From Lophium mytilinum (Eukaryota): DNA of 64,000 bases. A program made the translations under genes and the position numbers. The notes beneath the pieces are model-generated. The model was not told where the DNA came from, searched no databases, and worked only from the letters and a program-made list of their open reading frames with translations. This document shows, in pieces, positions 1-12,795 of the stretch (positions are counted from its first letter, which is position 1; every line of letters begins with the position of its first letter). The stretch is from NCBI GenBank assembly GCA_010093605.1, contig MU004187.1:1248018-1312017 (forward strand). Reading direction: 5' to 3'.

Positions 1-3000
1 AGGATGGAGATATTGTGCTCTTCAATCGACAGCCTTCGTTGCATAAGCTCAGTATTCTCAGCCACAGAGCCAAGATCCGACCTTGGAGGACGTTCCGGCT
101 CAATGAGTGCGTCTGCAACCCGTACAATGCCGATTTTGACGGTGACGAGATGAACCTCCATGTGCCACAAACCGAGGAGGCCCGCGCAGAAGCCATCGAG
201 CTTATGGGAGTGAAGCACAATTTAGCTACGCCGAAGAACGGGACCCCAATCATTGCAGCCATCCAGGACTTCATAACCGCGGCCTACCTTCTTAGTAGTA
301 AAGAGAACTTCTACGACCGGAAGTCTTTTACGCAGATCTGCTCGTTCATGTTCAACGCCGACAGCGTTGTCGATCCGGACACCGGCGAGCAAATGGCTAT
401 CGAGATTCCAGAGCCTGCGATATTCAAACCCCAGAGGCTGTGGACCGGAAAGCAGGTCTTCAACGTACTAATGAGGCCAAACAAGAAGTGCAGAGTGTTG
501 GTCAACCTCGATGCTCCTTGCAAACAGTACAAGCCGGATCCCAAATGTCCAGCACCCGATCTCAACAGCGACGATGCCTGGCTAGTCATTCGCAACTCAG
601 AAGTTATGTGCGGTGTCATGGATAAGGCGACAGTTGGTGATGGCAAGAAAGATTCCGTGTTCTACGTTATAATGCGGGATTTTGGTCCAGACCACGCCGT
701 GCAGGCCATGAATCGGCTCTCAAAGCTTTCTGCTCGATGGCTTAGCAACCAAGGCTTCTCCATCGGTATCAACGACGTCACGCCAGGCGCCAATTTAGTT
801 CTGAAAAAGCAGGCCCTGGTGTCAGATGCATACGATAAGTGCGACCGGTTGATCGCCGAGTTCAAAACCGGACGGCTTGAACGAGACGCTGGCTGCACGC
901 AAGAGCAAACCATGGAGAACAAAATGGGTGGTATTCTCAGTAAAGTTCGACAAGATGCTGGTGAAATTTGCTTCAGTGAGTTGAGTAAATGGAACGCTCC
1001 CCTCATTATGGCAAAATGTGGGTCTAAGGGCTCAAACATCAACGTATCCCAAATGGTTGCATCCGTGGGACAGCAGATGATCGGAGGCAAACGTGTCGCG
1101 GACGGTTTCCAGGATAGAACTCTGCCTCATTTTCCAAAAGCAGCTCGTCAACCCGCCTCGAAGGGCTTCGTTAGTAACAGCTTCTTCTCCGGCCTAACCC
1201 CAACGGAGTTCATCTTTCATGCCATGAGTGGTCGTGAAGGTCTCGTTGACACTGCTGTTAAGACTGCCGAGACTGGTTATATGAGTCGCAGGCTGATGAA
1301 GTCGCTGGAGGATCTCTCTTCGCAATACGACAATACGGTCCGCAACTCTTCGGCTGGCATCGTCCAGTTTCAGTATGGCGATGATAACCTTGATCCGGTG
1401 GACATGGAAGGGAAAGCGAAACCAGTGAATTTTGAGCGAACGTTCTCCCATGCCATTGTATGTACCACAACTCTTCCTAATCACTAAGAATGACTGTCGC
1501 TAACGCTTCTCACAGACATCTACTTGGGATAATACTCAGATTACACTCAGACCGGACGAGGTAAAGGAATACACAATCGCCACGCTAAATGCAGAACGAA
1601 GCAAGTACACCCGCATGTCCTTGGATGGCACGAAAGAACTAGATTACCATGACGAGAGCCACCATGGCGTTGACCATCTGGAGAGCATTCGAGACTTCCT
1701 AGACGCCGTGCAGGACTTCATATATGAAAAAGCCGAGAAGCTTGCCAAAGCTATGGTGTATGTGGGCATGTCCGAAGCTTCAAGCCAAGGCGAAATTTCT
1801 GGAGAAAATCCGAGCGTAGCAAACCTCGTAGATGGAATGGCCAAGATCTCAGCTACCGCGCTCAGCACGTTCATTCGTCTTTGCATCACCAAATACGACC
1901 GCTCAAAAGTTCAACCCGGCCATGCTGTTGGGGCCGTTGGTGCCCAGTCCATTGGTGAGCCTGGTACTCAAATGACGCTCAAGACTTTCCATTTTGCTGG
2001 TGTCGCCGGCATGAGTATAACACAGGGTGTTCCCCGAATCAAGGAAATCATCAACGCCTCCAAAGCCATCAGTACCCCCGTCATATCTTGCCAGCTATCA
2101 AACAATATCTCTGAGGATTCAGCGCGCATGGTGAAATCGCGCATCGAAAAAACGTATCTCCGCGATATCATCATGCACATCGAGGATGTGTATCACCGGC
2201 AAGGAGGGTACCTGAGTGTTCGCATTGACTGGGACACCGTCCACAAACTTCATCTGGACCTTACACCGGAAGCGGTAGGCCGGGCTATCATCAATGCCAA
2301 AAATCTCAAGATGGCGAAGGATGGATCTACGTGGAACACTAGCCCCAGAGGGAACTATGTGCGCATCTACCCTGCAGACCCGGCGAAGAGGATCAAGAAG
2401 GGACGGTCTACTACCGCCAAAGCGAAGACGGAAGAAGATTTCTTCATTCGCATGCAGAATCTTAAGCGACTGATGCCAGACGTTGTTGTCAAAGGCTACC
2501 CTGACGCTCAGCGCGCCATCATAAAGAAAGACGAGACGCCAAACGCAAACGGTCAATACGAGTTGGAGCTTCTAGTTGAGGGTTACGGTCTCAGAGACTG
2601 CATGACCACTCCTGGCGTCGAGGGGCTATCAGTTTATTCGAACTCCGTCTTAGAGGTATTGAGTGTTCTCGGCATCGAAGCTGCGCGAGACACCATCGTC
2701 AAGGAGATCAGCTCCGTGATGAAAGGGATGGACATCGACCCTAGACATATGCAGCTTCTAGCTGATGTGATGACTTTCAAGGGAGACGTCCTGGGTATTA
2801 CTCGCTTCGGCCTCGCAAAGATGCGCGACTCGGTCCTGCAGCTAGCAAGCTTTGAGAAAACTCCGGACCATTTGTTCGAGGCCGCCAGTAAAGGCAAGGT
2901 GGACGCCATTGAGGGGGTGAGTGAGTGCATCATTATGGGCCAGAGCGTTAAGCTAGGGACTGGCGCGTTCAGTGTCATTCGAAAGCTCGGGCTGGGTGAG

Positions 3001-3087
3001 AATGAGGTCGGTCCCAGTGCGCAGAGGAGGTGCCTGTTTGAGGAGGGTTGGGCTTCCGCCATGCAAGCTGTTGCTGCTGCTGCGTAG
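1..3087 (+). CDS. RPC1: DNA-directed RNA polymerase III largest subunit (5' truncated by window; intron ~1458-1515)
   Basis: Catalytic [10 protein letters not shown] motif, [34 protein letters not shown]-terminal [27 protein letters not shown] is Pol III-type and there is no heptad CTD. A GTATGT...GCTAAC...CAG intron joins ORFs 15-1487 and 1615-3087. Confidence 0.95.
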
Positions 3088-3730
3088 GAATCAGGTATTT
3101 TCTTTCATGTTAAGGTGATTGGTTATTTCCGGCATAGCGAGGTTTCAAGCATATGTTTGCATAGCGATGGCGGACGAAAACTTCTCATGGTGGATATCTT
3201 CTGGACTTGCTTAGAGGCAAACACCTCGGCAAGATGCGTAAAGAAATCAAGGTGTCAGGTCTCACGTTATGTCGTTCATTTCTGTGCAATCTCAAGAATC
3301 TGCCGACATCTGGTTAGTCTCTAACAACTAGATCTGCATGAATCCCAACAACCTCCAATCACCACCAATTCGGAATCGATCGACACTGAGGGACATAGCT
3401 AGCAGAGAAAGGCTGCTCTGTTTATTTCCTTGTGACTAATGTGACTGGGCACTCCAGAGCACGTGCTAGTTGCGCAAGATGGAACCAATGCCAGCTGACG
3501 ATGCCTAGAGAATCTATGTAGATACTCAACGAAACAATCGAGCGCCCAAGCCATACATGACATCACTTCGGGGGGTAAAAGACTGAAATTGTAATAATGA
3601 AGGTCCTCTTTTATTGTAGCCTCCGAGATATCATTTACGGCCAAGAGCATCCCTGGCGCACCTCTTTTTGATCTCCTATCACTTCCTTTCGCACCTTCAC
3701 CTCAGATACTTTGAAGATCCAAACTCTACA

Positions 3731-4612
3731 ATGGCCTCCTCTACAGCAAATTCCGACGACTTCAATGTCAACAGAAATCAGTCGGCTGGTCTCCGAGAGA
3801 CCAGCACCCTTACCAACGATCAGGAGAAGCAATCGTTCAGTACTTTCCGCGCGCCTGTACCGCCAAACACGCTCGGTTCTGGGGTGAGAAACGTTTACTT
3901 TTCCAGTAGCATCACTGCATGCTAACGAGTGACACTACAAAAGACGGCCCTCGCTATCGGGGCCTTCGCAACTACTCTCACGACCCTCCCCCTCAGCTTA
4001 ATGGAATGGCGCGGAGTGGTTATCACAAACGTCTACGTCGCCAACTTCTTCTTCGTCGCTGTTTTTGGACTTCTCATCACGGCGCAATGGGAGATGGCAG
4101 TTGGAAACGGATTCGCATACACAGTGTTTAGTGCTTTTGGTACGTTTAGTCGGATTCGCTGAAATTCAACCCCTTTTCACATCGAATATTAACGCACTCA
4201 AGGCCTGTTCTACGCCGGCTACGCCGCCATACTCACGCCTTCCTTCGGCATCGCAGCCGCCTATGGCGACGACATCGTTCAGTACAACAACGCTCTTGGC
4301 TTCTTTATGACGCTCTGGACCATATTCGTATTCACGTTCTTCATTGCATCAATCCCGACAAATGTCGTCTATATCGCCCTCTTCTTCCTCGTAGACCTGG
4401 GCTTCTTGAGCATTGCAGCTAGTTACTTTGCTACAGCGGACGGGCACGCCTCTGCGGCCCTTGGGCTGCAGAAGGCGGGTGGGGCGTTTTGTTTTATAGC
4501 GGGGTTAGTGGGCTGGTATTTGACGACGCACTTGTTGATCAAGGACTCGCTGTATGAGCTGCCGTTGGGGGATACGTCGAGGTTCTTTGCCAAGACGAGG
4601 AAAGTTGAGTGA
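3731..4612 (+). CDS. GPR1/FUN34/YaaH (acetate/ammonium transporter) family membrane protein, 2 introns
   Basis: Spliced ALAIGAFATTLTT...SLMEWRG...AQWEMAVGNGFAYTVFSAFG...GWY hydrophobic segments typical of the family; introns ~3884-3942 and ~4140-4202. Confidence 0.85.
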
Positions 4613-4769
4613 TTGGTGTGTAGTACGTTTAGGCACTCCCAACCGTAGAGGTGGAAGAACTGGAGTGTGCAGCGGGATCGTGATGGATGGATTAGGGACG
4701 ACTGTGTAGGGGTGGAAACTCTGTGGAGAGGTGACGTTGGGTGGTGTGTAGAGCGAATAGCTTGGAAGA

Positions 4770-4779
4770 ATGGTGTCAT
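4770..4779. promoter_or_regulatory. Putative CYS-3/MetR (sulfur-starvation bZIP) binding site
   Basis: ATGGTGTCAT matches consensus ATGRYRYCAT, ~610 bp upstream of the DszC-like gene. Confidence 0.4.
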
Positions 4780-5387
4780 TATTTCCACAAACATGATTGG
4801 TCGAACTTTAGTACTATTTCCTTTTCGTCCTGGTTCTTGTGCATAACACTCGGCCGCTTTCCTCCTTTGTTTTTATTTCTCCGCAAAGACGTGCTTTATC
4901 GTCATTCGAGCTTACCACAACGCGTTACTATTTCATACCCTTAGCATCGATCACCCGTAAGGCTGGAGACGGTGCCGGAGGCCTCGATTCCCGAAAAGCT
5001 TGTTGTCCCACCCCCACGGTATATAAGGCATCGTTTCTTGACGATCACCTTAGATAACGCAACCATTCTAAAAGCAGACTCTCGCGGTCCAGGCGGGTAT
5101 AGCTTTGTCGTCACATCATTATACCAATGAGCAGCTATTGATGCCGTTCAGTGGCTGCGAGTAGATTGATTCGACATCAACGCGAAAATAATAGTATACG
5201 CGCCATTGTTCAGCCTCTCCCAGCCATATGCATGTTCCATCGTTGTCATATTTCGCCATCCCGTACCACGGTTGCGTGCCCTGATTCTCAGGTTTTAACA
5301 TGTACATCTATCCATGTACCGTCGTCATGTTTCCGACGCGTCTTAGTTCTTTAAAGCATTTGCCGTCATCTGTCACCATCATCAGAA

Positions 5388-6827
5388 ATGACGAACACCT
5401 CCGAAGTTCCTCTTAATGGTGCGAGTGCAACCCATGGAAGGGAGTTCGAGTCCACGGACCCGGCTGTATACAGCGAGTACAGCAAGAAATGGACCGAGCT
5501 CCCCAAAGACGAGGATGGATGGGTTGCTCGCGCCAAAGAAGTTTCAGAGATTCTCGCCAAAGACGTCGTTAAACGGAATGCCGAAAATAAGGCCCCTTTC
5601 GCTGAGGTTGCTCTGCTGAAGCATGCTGGGCTACTGAAGGTTCTTGGGCCGAAGAAGTATGGCGGTGGAGAGCAGCCGTGGAGTTTGGCATACAGGCTCA
5701 TCCGCGAGGTATCCAATGGTGACAGGTAAGCCTCCTCAACCCTCTATAGCCTCTCCTTCAAACCTCTAATGCGTAATCTAGCTCCCTCGGAATGCTCCTA
5801 GGCTATCACCTTCTCTGGTCCACCACTGCAAACGTTGTCGGTACCCCCGAGCAGGCGGATCGCACGCAGGAACTCATCCTCTCAAACAACTACTTCATCG
5901 GCGGCGCTGTGAACCCGCGCGACGAAGATCACAAGATTGCCAATGACGGCGATCACTTCGTCTTCAATGGTTTCAAGCGCTTCAACACCGGCGGTGTTGT
6001 TTCCGACCTCACGGTCCTCGAAGGCGTTCTTGAAGGTACTGAGCACCATATCTTCGCCTTCGTCAAGACGCAGCAGTCCGGCATCGAGTTTCAGCATGAC
6101 TGGCACAACATCGGACTACGCCTGAGCGAGTCCGGGAGCGTGAAGATCACCAACATTCGCGTTCCCTGGGTCGATGCGTTGGGTTGGTCGCCAGAAAAGA
6201 AAGAGCCAATTCCAGATATTCTCACCATTCCCTTTGCTACCCTCCTCTTGCCCGCGTAAGTCTCTCGGTCTTACTACCCTTGAACTCGAGTGCACTCTGA
6301 CTTGCTCCAGCATCCAACTCGTCTTCTCAAACCTATATCTCGGTATAGCGCAAGGCGCCCTCACCGCTGCCGCCGCATATACACTTAAATCCACCCGCCC
6401 CTGGCCCTACGCCGGCAACGACCGCAAAACGACCGCCACGGACGAGTTCTACATCCTGGAACGCTACGGTAACTTCTACGCGCATGTCGCCGCCGCCAGT
6501 GCGCTGGCTGACCGTGCTGGTGCTCTTGTGAGCTCGATCTACTCAACCCACACCTCTGATCGTAAAAGCCTTACAGCGGCCCGCCGTGGTGAGCTTGCGG
6601 AGGAAGTCGCGAGTGTCAAGGTAGTGACAACGGACACCGGGCTCCGAGTTACTGCGGGGGTGTTCGAGGTGACGGGCGCAAGCGCGACGGGCGAGAGACT
6701 AGGCCTGGATCGTTTCTGGAGGGATCTAAGGACTCATACGCTACACGATCCTGTGGCGTACAAGAACCGGGAGCTCGGCAGGTGGAGGTTGCTAGGTGAG
6801 GCGCCGGAGCCGAGCTGGTATAGTTGA
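5388..6827 (+). CDS. Acyl-CoA dehydrogenase-like flavin-dependent monooxygenase (DszC/SfnB desulfurization type), 2 introns
   Basis: GPKKYGGG, LLGYH, GAVNPRD, W..IGLRLSESGSV and the C-terminal GLDRFWRDLRTHTLHDPVAYK signature; introns ~5726-5780 and ~6256-6310. Confidence 0.88.
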
Positions 6828-7444
6828 AGTCGCGGGTTTGGGTATGATTGTACGACAACTGCGATAGCGGTAGTGACTGCAATTCATCTCGGAGGTTGTC
6901 TTGCTGGCTTAGGACATCTCTTATTAGTTCTGGTGCTTGCGAATATTACCTGGTAATCTTATGAGCGAGGAATTGTCTGTTGACTCGTGACCTCGCCCTT
7001 CGTGTCGTCTTGGCGCGGCCAACACGCCTGAACTCCGGGCTTTCGAGGCTGCTGTCATATTTTCATGGATAGCTCAACAACCACACCCCCTAACTCAAAT
7101 CTGACACCGGGATGTAATTCGCCTGGGTCGAAAGTATTTTTGAGGAAGTTATAGGCGTCAAATTCGCCCGGGTCGTTGGGCTAGCGGTGGGTCTGCAGCG
7201 CTCAACACTTAAGATGTCCTTAAGCCAAGACTTATTAAGGCCAAGACTTTCCAGATTGAGACAAGAAGGTGAGAAAATGGGATTATCACGTGACAAACTC
7301 ACTGAGCGTACCTATAGACAAATGGGCTTCACGACGTCATTGAGACATTCATGAGCTCACTCTTCGCCTAAATTCAAATGCGAAGGTGTAGTTTCTTAAG
7401 CTTCCGTCGTATGCTATGAGTCCTCAGTCTCGCTTTTCGATACC

Positions 7445-9355
7445 TCATCCTTCCTTTCCAAGGATCTCCGTGGAATCTGCTTGCGTTGACACCGTGTTAA
7501 CATTCTTAGTCCTCTTCCGCCGTTCAGCGAGGAAATCTACATCGATGTCAAGCTCCGTCTCCTTAACCGTGATACTCTGCTCGCCCACATCCTCGCCTGG
7601 GACGGGTTTGCGCGCATACCAGAAGACTCTACACACACACATTAGCGCTATACTCTCCCATTTCGCCCCACCCCAGCAGTCATAAAGAAAATCAAAGCCA
7701 CTCACACATTCTGCCACACCCCCTCCACCCCCTCTCTCAATTCCTTCCTCACCCCGGCATTAAACACTTCCACCTCCTCCCTACTCCACCCTAGAACTCG
7801 CGTAAAGAGCGCTAACGTGCTACTCCCCAACCCATCATTCAGATCCTGCCTCGCAAACTTCCCTAGTAACTTAAACTTCTCTCCCTTAGCCCAGGGCCCG
7901 TACGGCCACTTCAGCTTCTTTTGATGGATATCGACGAAACCAGCGGCTTGCAGTAGGGGCCCGAAGGAGGCAGCGGCAGAGAAGTCGAGGCCGATCTTTG
8001 AGCCGGCGGAGGAGAGATGCTGGCCCCATGCTATTATGGGATTTGGGGAAATGGCGGGGTGGGTGTTCAGGGCGCCATTAGAGGCGCAGATCGGGGGGAG
8101 GTGAAACTCTTGGAGTTCGATGAATCCGTTGGGTTTGAGATTACTTGGGGGAGGCTTAGATTTACGTCATGTGGATGAAGGACAAGGTAGGGTTTGAGGT
8201 TCGTGTAGGATTTGAGAAATGCAAGGAATGGTCATTCTAAAGAGGATGCTTACGTGTACGACTGTTGAAAGAATCTAGGCCAGTCTTTAAACGCTGCCAT
8301 CATGGCGCGGGCGTGGATGAAATCGAATTGGGTCCGGAAGAGCCAGTCGTGGTCGGCATCGTCGATTAGGAAACTGCAGTTTGCAGGGACGCTAGAATAG
8401 GGAGATGAGTTTGACTGCTTCGAAACATACAATGAAAACTTGTTAAGTATCTTACTTATCTGGCTGGATAGGACTGTGAAGACATCAGTTTGGTATGTCT
8501 TAAACAATACGAGCTGCTGCTATATGAATATCGTCTCATCGAGCAGTCATGCCTACCTCAAGTCGGTGCCAAGTACTGTAGCGCTGGGATGCTCGTCGGC
8601 AAATTCAATTGCCCAAATACCTGTTACCGTCAACGTTTATACAATTTATCACGCTACCACACGTTTCGAGACGGTCAACGCCGAAATAGGTTGCAAAACT
8701 GGGCGGATGATGTACCTGTACCAGTGCCGACATCAAGAACAGTTTGAACGTTCTTCGGGATGGGAGCTATATATAGAGCACCGTCTACTGTTAGTCGGAA
8801 CGTATGGTGTTGTAGGTCTGCTAATGCATTAGCGAAGTCGGTCCGCAAGTAGTGCGACGGGTACGGACCGAGCCGATCCTTCTCTAGCTACATGGTGTCA
8901 GTATTGCAAGCAATCGTCCAGGAATTTTGTGGTAAAAGAGGTATATCTGCATACTTCATCATTTGGCACGAGATATTTCTACCATATTGAGCAGTCAGCA
9001 TATGTTCGAGATATGGCAACGGTATCCATTACCCCCTCTGAGTAGGCATGGTATCTGCGTCCGTTCTCATATCTGTAATCGTAGACGGACGCGCTGACCG
9101 ACATAGTCCGTCTGAATAAGAGTAAACGCTTTATACTTGAAAGATGAGGTACAAGAAGACAGTCCAACTAAACTTATACGCGGGCCCCACTCGCCTGAGG
9201 AAAGGTGGACTTACATGGACTCATTATCACCCAGGGCGGAATCTCGGTCGTTACTCTATCCGAGGAACAGTTAGCGGCGTGCCAAGTGGAGGGGAAGCTT
9301 GTCCGCAATAGTGAAGACTTGCATCAAAGCTGGTGTACTCATCCTCCTCGACCAT
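7445..9355 (-). CDS. LaeA-like SAM-dependent methyltransferase (about ten introns)
   Basis: Exon fragments DSALG, YDYRYENGRRYHAY, YLVPNDE, EKDRLDLQHH, VLDVGTGTG, PANCSFLIDDA, FDFIHAR, KLKWPYGPWAK. Start codon inferred via a GC-AG first intron. Confidence 0.88.
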
Positions 9356-9647
9356 GGCGTCGAGTAAAAGAGCGTGTATGAGACTGGAGTGTTTTGTGTA
9401 ACGCTGCGCACTCGTCCCACTTCCCCAGACCCCAGATTTCCCTCGCGTTCGATAGTGTGATACGAGTCAGTTGAGCGCATGAATGAGATGCATGAACGCG
9501 GCACATAATCTCGTCTAATCTCTGTGGCCGCGGAGTAACCTCGAGAGACCGCCAGGCAGCCAGGCGGCAAGTATCTGGTTGACTTCTGGTTCATCGCGTC
9601 CAAAAAGAGGCCAAATACATACACGAGGCTGAGCCCCGAGCCACATA

Positions 9648-10953
9648 TTAATCAGCTCCCGCAGAGTCGAAAGCCTTCACTAACCCCATGGCTGCCCCAG
9701 CTGCCAGGCTACCCAATAGCAACATCTGGACACCTCCTTTGATACATGGTAAAAAGGCAATTGACGTCCCCTGGAATCCATCTAGCTCACGGTCCAAGTT
9801 CCTGGTCAAGTCTTCAGCACTTCGCAGAGTTAACCACACCTTTCCGCTGCCAAACACAAAGAGGGCTACGATCATAATTCCAAGGCTCCAGCACAAGGCG
9901 CGACCGACTTCTCCAATGAAGAGGTCTTAAGGCGGCAGGGTGCGTGTTAGCAAGGTTTCAATAAAGAAGGGGCAGGTTAAGACAGGCGCTGGATCCTCTG
10001 GTGTCATTTTCTTCGGGATTTGCCCAAATCGTGTCGGAGACGTTATTGGCAGGTTCGAGCGACTAACACGGGTGCTACAGCGCGATTGAAATACATGCTG
10101 TAGTACGACTGGAGTCGCGTTTCAAGACAATTCCAGAGAAAATGACACCAGAGAACTCTAGTTTAATATTAAGGGTTTACTTACAAGGTACAAGTGGGAC
10201 GAAGCCGCCGAAAAAGTAACAGCCTCCCATGGTCACCGCTGAAAGCCAAGCGCCCCGCGTGTCGGCCGGCTCCGGCAGATTATGGTGGAAGCGCATCAGA
10301 AACAGAGCGAGAAAATTGACATCAATAGCGATGTTCGTGGGAGAAGAAGCGTGAAGCAGATATGGCTGTAAGGTCGCATGTGCAAGCTTCATGGCGGTGG
10401 ACGGGGAGCGCTGAACAAAAAGTTGGGTAGAGCGTAAAGTGGAATTATAGGCTTTGCTGTAAACTTGTCGATTAACAACAGCTACATAGTGAAATCTTCA
10501 ACTTGAGGCTTGGGTAGCTGAGATTCTGGTCTTCGTGCTTTGGGGGAAACAAACATACACCTCTCCGCTCGCAGCAAGCCAAGCACCCAAGCCCATACTT
10601 ATGGCGCCCGCGATGAGCTCTGCGAGGCCCGCGAAAATGACAATTTTGCTGCTCCCGAGTGTTGAGAGCCCAGCGGAAAGAGCGAATGGCACAGTAAGGC
10701 CATCACTCAGCCCGATGGTCGCATCCGAAACGACTCGAGCATCGGATAACCAGCCCAAGATGCTCAACGAATGGCGACGATGATCGAGACTATGGGGCTC
10801 CACCTTAAGACTAAGGGAGTCGTTGGGAGGGCAGCTGTCTGGTAGAATATCTAAAGCAAAATAAGACTGGGAGAGGTCGGCTGGTAGCGCAGAATAAGGG
10901 TGGTCGAGAGGTGTCCTCGAAGGGAACAATAGTCTTTTTAGCGCCACAAGCAT
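9648..10953 (-). CDS. VIT1/CCC1 family vacuolar iron/manganese transporter
   Basis: SDATIGLSDGLTVPFALSAGLS...GLAELIAGAISMGLG and GGFVPLVP motifs; three exons. Confidence 0.9.
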
Positions 10954-12795
10954 TGCGGTGTAAGATATTTACAGCAGTAAAGATAGAAGGGATAAAGAAG
11001 AAAGGGCACTGAGGAATCTGCGAGGTGCTATAATTACCACCCCCTTGGGATCCACCCGCGCCGACAACCTGACGCAGGCTGCAGTTCCTCGAATCGTCAT
11101 GGCTGGCTTGGACACTGGAGTCTTCTTCTCACAAGCTATTGGGCAGAAAATTTTTGTCCGAGACATGATTCCCGTCGCAGCGGACGCTGTGTTTGCGGGA
11201 TGTGGGATGGATGATGCATGTCGAGAGGAGTCGGGTATTTTCAACCTAGGGACGTGTCCTCAGACTCTTGTTTGATAGGCTAAGAACAGGCTGCTTCGCT
11301 TCAGGTGAAGCATTGGTTGGGTGAATGACGCCTGTGCAGGAAGCAGTCTCAGGCAGTTTACACATACCCACGGTGGTTGCTACAGTGGGATCGGTGTTGG
11401 GTTAGAACCGCCACGTGCTCCCAAGACAAGCACTCGTTGGATCCCGCGATCCCGCCGGACTCCACTTCTTTCACTGTGTACCACCTTCCTTATCCAAGGG
11501 ATGAGAAGGATCCACTGGCGACTTGTTGATTTCAGACCTGCAGTTGCACATTGGATGGCTAGCATGGCCAACGAGTGAAGCAGATTAGGTAAGCCGAACA
11601 TGTCACGTGATTGACTTTGCCCCATTCGACAAGCGGCTTCTCGGGACTTCACCTTGCTTCCCACTCAGACTATTTCCTCTGCAGAAAGCTCTTACTCCAT
11701 CTTTCAGACAACCTAAGCTGATACATGTATCCCAGCTCTTCTGCACCGCTTGCCCTTCCAATATGCTCCAGTATGGAACTTTGCCGGCGACGCCGCAGCC
11801 TAGGACCACCAACCCCACAGCAATCTCCACATCGTGAAAAGGGGTGGCTGAATCTTATCGATTAACGGCGAGACACCTCATACCGGAGTAGCCTTCCGCT
11901 GCTAGATTTCTCTCGGAGAATTGCCCAGGCTCCAAGCCACCATGGCGCACGCGGCTTAAAGCCATCTCGTGTCCCTTTTCTCAAATGGGTTTTCAGCCTT
12001 GTGGATGCGGCCAGCTGAATTAGAATCGCGTATCGCCTTGTCTTACCGCCGGGCACAACGACTCAGATGAGTTTGAGTTCTGCGACAGTTTCTGCACGAG
12101 CTATGGAGGGGGGCGCGTGCTTCTGATTCTCCCTTCCTCTGGTTTACGGTCCGGCATCATGTTCATTAAAACCGCTTTTCTTGTTCGCTCCCTCCAAGCC
12201 CTCCGCGGGGGAGTCTAAAAGCTGCTACAACATTCTCCAAAACAGGCGGCACCAGTTGTGATCACTCTTTTCTCCTCTGGAATACGGATCGCGTTCCGAG
12301 TTCTGGCTACTCAAGTCCATGTTTGCGTCCCGTTTACAGCTAGGCTATCTAGCTAAATGGCGAAGTCTAGCTTAAGAAGTCATCGTGGCGTTCTCAAGGC
12401 GTCTAGAAGGGCTTTCGTGCCTGCATTGACCTGATGCTATAGGATAGGGAGTACTCCCCTCAGCCACAAGAGACGCCAGGAGAGTCGCGATGTTTGTCTT
12501 GGCGACCTTTTCGATAGTTTCGCTAGCGACTTCAACCACGTCGCGCCCACCGTGGTACACGGGCTTTTCTAGATTTCTCCACCCTCACTAGAAAGTTGAC
12601 TCCCGCCTTTATGGCGCTTTTAGTCGAGCTGAGGTTGCGCTAAGGTCATGTGTCCTGCGCTTCCGCACTTCGGCTCAGCCTTTTCCTTAGATGCAGAGGA
12701 ACTATATTAATTGCTCCGTCTCCTCTTTCTTTTCTTTGCATCAGCTCTGGCCATCGTCTCTCATTCTGTCTCTTCTTTTTCTATACTTGAACAAT

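Noticed and set aside
11000..12600. Short ORFs between the VIT1 and WSC genes
   Set aside because: No recognisable motifs or consistent splice model; may be intergenic or a relic.
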